From Monosiga brevicollis MX1 (lineage: Eukaryota), in contig NW_001865078.1 of the NCBI RefSeq assembly GCF_000002865.3, forward strand, positions 170,103-227,610: a stretch of 57,508 nucleotides of DNA, written 5' to 3'. The position numbers were made by a program, and so were the translations under genes. The notes beneath the pieces are model-generated. The model was not told the DNA's origin. It saw nothing but the letters and a program-made list of their open reading frames with translations, and did not search any database. This document shows positions 48,675 through 57,508 of the stretch, in pieces (within the stretch, counting starts at the first letter, position 1; every line of letters begins with the position of its first letter).

Positions 48675-49752
48675 ATGACGACGCTGGAGGAGCGGATTGT
48701 CAACTCGGGGGTCGAGGGGACCTACGTCACCTCGTTGGAGCAGGTGAGATGTGCTCGAGGCCTGCTGGTAGGGGCTTTGGACGGGTCGTCTCGACGCCGT
48801 CAGCAAAGCGGGCGCGAGCGCGAGCGGTCCCGGAAAAAAAAAATGAGGGGCGTATTCATGGCTCTTGCCTGTCGCCATCGTGGGGACCCGTGGAGCAGGA
48901 AGCATTGGCATATGCAAGAGAGCTGGGCCAAGAAGATCTGGATAGCTTGGCGCAGGCCGTGGCCGATCAACATGGCGTACCTGTCGAATCCCTTCGAAGT
49001 GCGCCCGCCCCACCGGTAGGACCGCCACCGCCCCCGGTCGTGCTTGTTGTCAACAGATCCCACCGGATGACGACGTCTCATGTCCGCGGCCTTGCCTCAG
49101 GCCGAACCGCATTGGTCAACCCTGGCACCAGAGGAGGACGAAGGATGGGGCACTCGCGCTGCACGCTATTCTTGGCGTTTGGGGTTTGGCCTGCTGTACG
49201 GTGGGTGCCCTGGACCATCCACACACGGCTTCTTGGCTGCACCGACAGTTTGCTCATCCATCAACCGACTGGGCGGGCATTGACAGTGATTGATGTTGTC
49301 GGTGAATCCTTGGCGCGCAACTTGGGCATCACCCGGCCTAAATATGATTATGTCCTGGACGATTTTATCGAAACACACCGAGAAGTGAGTGGGCTTGCTT
49401 GGCCCTTGTGTATCAGCACATGCATGTGATCCTCCGCCTCACGGCACGGATGCGATGAATCTGGGTCTAGGAGCTAGAGCAGCGGCGTGCGCTGCGTCGG
49501 GAGCAGGCCGCACGAGCCGAGGCCCAAGCTGAAGCGGATGACGACATGGAGCAAGGCCTCGGCGATGGTGCAGCCGCCGCGTTGCCAGTTGAGACGACCA
49601 AGCCAACGGCATCGAGGCCAGCACTCGGCTCGCATGCCGGGCCGATGGCCCCGACACCTCTGACCATGCCGGTGACAATGACGCCTGCTTCATTCCAACC
49701 CTCAAATGGTGGTCCCATCCCGGCCGAGGCCGACGCCACCACGGCCTTGTAA
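48675..49752 (+). CDS. FAM177A1: FAM177-family protein, multi-exon
   Basis: DVVGESLARNLGITRPKYDYVLDDF matches the FAM177 signature (D..GE.LA..LGI..PKY.Y..D). Acidic, helical C-terminus. Confidence 0.7.
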
Positions 49753-50014
49753 TGGTGTTTCCGTGTTGGTGCACGAGTTGCTTGCGAGACGTCTTCTTCA
49801 CGGGCTGGGGTTGATGACACAGCCCGCCATTTGGCTTGCCAAGCAAGCCATCCAGATCGAAAAATCACGAGTCTTTTATTGTCAATTGATGGGTGTAACG
49901 TTGCAACCTCTTGCTTGTTTCCCGAGCCGGAAGCCGTGTTGGGACCGCAGATCAAAAGGTTGAGGAGCCGAGGGGAAGAGACGCAAGCAAATGGATACTG
50001 ACATGTGAGTACTT

Positions 50015-50502
50015 TTAAGCCACCACGGAGGAATCCTCCACGCCGAGAATGGCAGCATCATCAACGGCCGAGGTCACAGGGTCGGCGGACTCGGTGCGCT
50101 TGGAACGGTACTCGTCGAGCATGGCGTTGAGGCCACTAGCGGTCTGGCCACGATAGTTGTTCATCTGGGCGTCGAGCGAGTCTCGGTCGGCCGGAGTGGG
50201 CTTGGCAGCCTCACCCTTGCCCTTCTTTCCCCCCTTGGCGCCATTCTTGGCGTTGGCGGGAGCGGCACCCTTGGTGCCTTTTGCGCCCTTGGCGTTCTTG
50301 GCGCCCTTTGTGGGCGTCTTCTTTTGCGCTGTGGGTCCCGTGGCCGAGGCACCCTTCTTGGTGGCCTTTTTGCCCGATGCCGAAGCCGCTGTGAGCTTGA
50401 CAGGACCACCGATTTTAGAGAACCTAAGGGAATCAACAAGCCCCCGAATCGTGCGTGAGTCCGAGAGGGCGGTTGCACCATCACACAAAACAGTTGACGA
50501 CA

Positions 50503-50544
<42 letters not shown>

Positions 50545-50772
50545 TCATACGGGCCGATCTTTGGAGTTTCAAAAGACTTACCGCTCCGAGAGAGACATGC
50601 TGGTGGTGCTGGCCAGGCGAACTTGACCCAAGCTCTGCTTGAGGGCGGCAGCCGTGGCTGCCTGCGCGCCCGCCGTCTTGGGCTTGCTACCCGACGACCG
50701 CCCGCTGCGCCCACCACCAGCTCGACGACCACCCGCCGCTGAGGCACCCGCACCGCCACGACCCCGCGCCAT
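50015..50772 (-). CDS. CHTOP: CHTOP/Friend-of-PRMT1-like RGG protein (mRNA export/chromatin), 2 exons
   Basis: RGG-rich N-terminus, STTSMSLSER|F motif, and C-terminal duplicated motif SLDAQMNNY...LNAMLDEY. Confidence 0.7.
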
Positions 50773-50920
50773 GGCCACTAGTATGATATCTCCAACCACA
50801 AGTCCACCACGCCCTATCCGTGTGCTCTGAGCCGTCCAAGAACCCGCAGACGCTCACCACCCACAAACGCACACACACAGACACACTGTCCACCGCCGTC
50901 AACAAAATATTCGCGAGAAC

Positions 50921-50960
<40 letters not shown>

Positions 50961-52083
50961 AGAGAGAGAAAAAGAAAGAAAGAGAGAGTCAGAGAGTCAG
51001 AGAGAGAAAACATTGTACAAGAGAAAGGAAATGCAGAGAGGGCGTGTTCAAGAGTGAGAAAAGCAGAGAGTCGAAAAAATTGCAGAGAGAAAGGCGGACA
51101 GGGAGAGAGAAACTGATTCTCTTGTGCTTTCAGCCACAACTGTTGTAAAGACATGGCGAAAACAGCTGTGGCACTCGGCTGCCCGAGCCGTGCTACCACT
51201 CGTACCTGACATTAACACCAAGTAGCAACCCACCGTCCTCGAAAAAATCAGATGCAAAACACATGTTCTGAACAGATAAAGGCGGTTGCTTTAGGGATCT
51301 TCCCTTTTTTTCTCTCTTGTGTGTGTGTGTGTGTGAGGTGAGTGAGCGATGGTGAAATGGCAGCCGGACCGTGATCCCTCCGGGTCCCCGCCTTAGACCT
51401 CGTGGCAGGCGGGCACTTCATTCAAAGGCGGGGGAATTGTTGATCGGCACATGGTGTTGATTGCTGCATTTGCCGTTGTTCATGTGACGTGGACCAACCA
51501 GTAGCATCATTGCCGTCTTGTTGTTGTTGTTTTGGCCTCCGAATGTGTGTGTGTGTAACGAGTCGTCGATCTGCTTTTTTGGCAGTGGACCTGGGCCCCA
51601 GATCACGGGAACCGCAGGCACTGGCTCCTTGAGACGGCGTTCTGTGGGACCTGTTCGTTGCCCTCGGGCATGTTCTTGGACTTGTCTTGATGGCATTGGA
51701 TCTATCTTGTTGCGCTTCTTGTTCCTTTTTTTTTTTTTTTTCGCTTGTGCCACGGTGGCTGTTTCCTGCTTGACCAAGAGACCGCGCGCACCCCCCGCAC
51801 TGCCTCCTTGTTCTGTTGCGAGCTCAACCTCGGCATGCCTCTCCCTCGCTCAGTGACTCTTGTGCATTTTGTAACCATCTGTGTTTTCATTTTACAACAA
51901 CACCTTTTTCCCCATTGCCATTCTTGAAACCTCCTGTTCCATCTCTCATCTCATCTCTTTCTTTCTTTCTTGCCTCTCCGGCCCCCTGCCCCTCCCAACC
52001 CACCATCTCAACCATACCTTTACCCTGCCCCTGCCCCTGCCTCTGCATGCCAGGTATCTTCGCTTGGTTTGATACCGGACATC

Positions 52084-53346
<1,263 letters not shown>

Positions 53347-54153
53347 GCAAGCTTATTATCCCGCGATTTCCTCTTCGCTTCGCCAGATGGCGGCGTTTGG
53401 TCTCTTGTCCTGTGTCCTGTTCCTTTTTCTTATGCTTTCACTTTGATTCGTTGTTGATTGGGCGACGCCCGCCCGACTTTGTCGTGGTTGGCGTCTGCGT
53501 GGCGCTGTCCTTTGCGTCCCAGGTCCCCCTTTGTTGAACGCTGTCCTTGACGTTTCGTGCCTTTGATGTTCCGCATTCACATTTTCACGTTCTTCCTGCC
53601 CTGCTCCCAATTCACGACCACTCTATCTTCCGTGCCAATGATATCGTAATTTCGCCATCTCAAACTCAGAAGCCATGCAAGTTTAGAACGGGCTCTATGT
53701 GTAAAACCAAACCCATAATATTATGAGACACATAGAGACACGCAAGAAAAGCCTTCGAGTTCCTGTCCGGCTTTTCAAACCAGCTTGGTTATTTTATTTT
53801 ATTTATTCTCTAAAGCCCCTTCGGGGTCTCTCATCCCGATCATACTCCAAGAATAGAAACAAGGCAGCCGCATTTGCCGCGCCGTTTGGCCGTCAGCAAC
53901 TCCCCAAGGGGGATCGTATCAGTCACACCGTTTCTAATACGAGATAAGCAACGCGCCTGGTTGCTCAAAAATGAAAATACAGTAAAAAAAAAACAAAAAA
54001 AAAAAAAAAAAAAAAAAATTCAAGTTGAAGCACATGCTGTACGAAATGTAAAGAAGATTTAAAGTTTTAAAAAGGGGGTTTGATTATTAATTTCAATTTT
54101 GGCGCCGAAACGGACAGAGCGAGAGGACACGCTGTGTTGTGTTCGCTCTCTCT

Positions 54154-54207
<54 letters not shown>

Positions 54208-54355
54208 TGCGTACGGCAGCTGCGGCGATGAACTGAAGCCGCCGATGGGAGATATTGATGCGTCATGTCTTTGAACGCGCAATAAAGTCGGGCTTCGTGT
54301 GTGCAGTGGATCGCCTTTGCCACATGCGGGCATTTGCACCTGGCGACACCACATC

Positions 54356-57300
54356 ATGAGGAGGTCACGTTCCGTGATTCGCTGTGCGATGATTGCGATC
54401 CTGGTCGCATCCATCGCTGTCTTGGCTCGGGAAGAAATGGAAGACCCCTTTATTGGCACCGATGACGACGGCAATCTTGTCATCAACAGTTCAGCGGCAG
54501 GCCGCGAGGGTCGACTCGTGCTCAACGGTGTGGACGTGCTGAACGAGCTGGTCGAGCTGCGCGACCTCTGCAGTGGGGCTGTTCCTGCAGCCACCACACC
54601 AGGCCCGAGTACAACCGTGCCGCTGCCCGTAGGTGCTGTGACATATGCGGCCAATGTGGGATGCAACTTGGGGCCCGTGCCCGCCAATGTGACGCACATT
54701 CTGGGCAATCTCGACCTGTACTATTGCACATCGCTGGTAGCAACAGACCTGGCGGTGTTTGACAAGCTGGAACACGTGGATGGCCACGTTCGGATTTTTG
54801 TGAGTATTTGACGGCATCATCATCGGAGCTTGGCTCCTCTCAGAACCCTGGCCAAATCACTCTTCGGGTTGGTTTCTCGTGCATGAGAGATGGACGCTCA
54901 ACGCGCAACGCGCGCCCTGCCTGCATGTAGAACAACCCCGTCTTGACGAATATAGATCTGCTTGACAACTTGACGTACATTGGCGACTATCTATCGATTT
55001 CTGTGAGTCTCTTGGCCCCCCTTTTTTCCTTGCCCTGCAATGGGCACTTGGACGGAATTGTCGAGAGTGCCAGTTGCGGACAGGTGGCCCAGGGGATGCG
55101 GACGCAGTGCGTTGTTTATGACCTCGTGTTCACGAATCCCATCCGTGTTGGTTGCTGCACGACTTGGGCTGCAGAACAATTACGCTTTGACCAATCTGGA
55201 AGGCTTTGGCAGCTTGAGCTCAATCGGCGACTCCTTGACGATATCCGTAAGATTCGGTTTTAACGCACTTACGCTTTTATCATGCGGCAGAGACGCACAA
55301 GTAATCTTGTCGATCCCAATGGGGTTTGCTGCAGGAGCATGAGTTGTTGACGAGCTTGACAGGACTCAGCAGCCTGACATTTATCGGCAGTCATGTCAAT
55401 ATTATGGTACGTTGGGAGAAATTGTTGGTCAAAGTCTGTCTTTGCTGCCGCATAAAACGTTGCCCTCTTCGTCTTCCGAATGCACGCGTCTCATTGCCTA
55501 ACGCTCGCTGGAGGCATGTGTACAAATTGGAGCTCATGCAGTGGTGATCATGTTTGTAGCGGAATAGCATTTTAACAAGCATCAACGGGCTTGAAAAGTT
55601 GAAGACAATCAATGGTTCACTTAAAATTCGTGTGGGTAAACCTGACATGCCCCAAGCACCAAAGTCAAATGCCTTAGCGCGCGACTTGCAGCATTTGAAG
55701 GCGATGTCTATCCATCGCATGCAAAGCCAAGCTCATGGCAACTGGCTTTGGCGCGTTGATGGGCAGGCCAATACGATGTTATCAAATTTGAATGGGCTAG
55801 CCAACCTGGTCTCGATCAGAGGCGATCTGAATTTAGAAGTATGTCCGAGCAACTTGCTGATCCAGGGCGCAAGGTAGCTGCCACATGCTCACGTGCTTGC
55901 ACCATTTGATCTTCAGCAACATGAGGTTTTGGAGACGGTGGATGGACTTGGCAACTTGAAGACCATTGAAGGTGGCCTTGTCTTGGGTGTAGGTCTGCAT
56001 CTGAGGTCGGCTGGGTGCACTTTATGTTTGTCGTCTACACGCTTGCTCCACTCATGCCCATGACCTTCGTCGGGTGCTTCTGACTGAAGAACAATCAGGG
56101 TTTGAAGAATGTGCATGGGCTTGGCAATGTGGAGAGCATTGGCAATCAAATCAGCATTCATGTCAGTTCTTTGCATATCACGGTCAAGCGACAAGCTGCA
56201 ATCATCATGTTGCCTAGCTGACGATGGTTGATGATGACTCATCCATGTATTAGAGCAATCGACTTTTGACAACCATCGGTGGGATCGGCAAGGTGACATT
56301 GTTAAATTCCTTCCTCTCCATTGCCGTAAGCTTTGCTTCCCTCAGCTCGAGAGGAAGAAAAGATTTGAGGCAAGGCGAGGCACACGTTTTCGTGCTCGTT
56401 CCATTCACGCTGGGTTCATCTTGTAGAATAACGCCGAGTTGTTGAGTTTGGACGGCCTCGACAACTTGACCTCAATTGGTGGCTATGTTTCATTCAACGT
56501 AAAGTTTCGCAAAACGGCCGGACTGGCAACGATGAGGCACGGGGTGGGAGCAGCCACATCGGCGGCTTGGAGGGTGCCTGCGCTGTTGCTTCTTTGGAGC
56601 TAACACTTGACTCTTGTAGGGTAACAACAAATTAGCAGGCCTCAACGGTCTTGGCAATCTCCAGCGAATCGGGGAGTATCTCAACTTGAATGTACGCAAA
56701 ACACAAGTAGACTTTTGGGACCTTCCTGAGGTTTCAAGCCGTGGGCCATGTTGCCGGATAGCAAGGACATTGTTGGGTGTGTATGTTGTTTAACAATGGA
56801 CTTTTGTGGGCTGTGCACGCAGTTCAACCCGGCCTTGGCCCACTTGGATGGGCTTGGACGTTTGACTTCGATTGGCGACTATCTTTCCATTTATGTCAGT
56901 CTTGGGTGGGCGGGCAGAAGTTTTGCGTTTGCCAAGCGACGAGACTGCAGTGTATTGTGTGGTGCGGCATGCGGCTCCATGGTCGAGTGAGAGTCTTGTG
57001 TCTCATTCATTTGCTTTGAAATGCTAGAATAATCCTGCCTTGACCAACGTCAATGGTCTGAGTCAGCTGACCTCGGTGGGACCTTTTATTCGGATTACGG
57101 TACGTCTTTTTCAGGCCATAACCGCTGCCATGCATGACAGTGCCCATGGTGCCACGCTCACGATGAGAGGGGTGCGTGCTCGACGTTTAGGGCAACACCA
57201 ATCTGACGAATGTCGAGGGTCTGTACGGGGTTGAATTTCTACTTTCCTATGTCCGAATTTGCGACAATCCCCTGCTGAATGTATCTGCAGTTGAGAGCGA

Positions 57301-57373
57301 GCTGGGGGATTTGGGCGACACTGGTCATCTGTGCCGTTTCTTCTCGCCTGCAAGCTGTTCAGTCACCTGTTAA
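54356..57373 (+). CDS. Secreted leucine-rich/receptor-L-like repeat protein (about 496 aa, 14 exons)
   Basis: Exon 1 54356-54799 has a signal peptide. Twelve 72-bp AG/GT-bounded exons from 54931-55002 to 57028-57099 each encode N..L..L.GL..L..IG..L.I. Last exon 57191-57373 ends TAA. Confidence 0.88.
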
Positions 57374-57508
57374 TTATTCCCATGCCACTCGTAAAACCAT
57401 CCGTAATTAAACTTCTTCCACCTACACCACTGTACACATGACTCCCGCAGTCACATTAGTCAAGCGCCGAGATTGATATGCCCAGCGACCTCCCATCCAT
57501 AATCCATT

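Noticed and set aside
48245..49429. 394-aa plus-strand ORF as a single gene
   Set aside because: Reads through introns; only segments belong to the FAM177-like gene.
51418..51856. ORFs upstream of Rab11
   Set aside because: Low complexity with poly-T tracts; more likely 5' UTR, intron or promoter sequence.

Overview
Gene-dense, intron-rich eukaryotic DNA with short GT-AG introns and many (CA)n/(GA)n microsatellites. Gene content and style suggest a choanoflagellate such as Monosiga; this is inference, not verified. There is one N gap (3059-3310). Housekeeping genes: ABHD14-like hydrolase, ZNHIT3, CCA-adding enzyme, JMJD8-like JmjC protein, GH27 alpha-galactosidase, SLC25A44-like carrier, POFUT2, HMG20-like, FAM177-like, CHTOP-like and Rab11. 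A dehydratase-dehydrogenase-aminotransferase fusion appears to put the arogenate route to Phe/Tyr on one polypeptide. The most striking region (18.2-38.6 kb) is a tandem array of three minus-strand paralogues built as ankyrin repeats - helical/coiled-coil linker - DFD-type protein kinase - PARP/ADP-ribosyltransferase domain. Each canonical ankyrin repeat is one 99-bp phase-0 exon, and the repeat number (3, 9, 2) and surface residues vary between copies. The middle copy has lost its kinase-PARP half where a defective Ty1/copia element sits. The architecture suggests a sensor-kinase-ADP-ribosyltransferase defence or signalling receptor family (inference). Two secreted repeat proteins (7x FG-GAP; LRR/receptor-L with twelve 72-bp cassette exons) share a short N-terminal module. 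All exon boundaries were read by eye and no searches were run.
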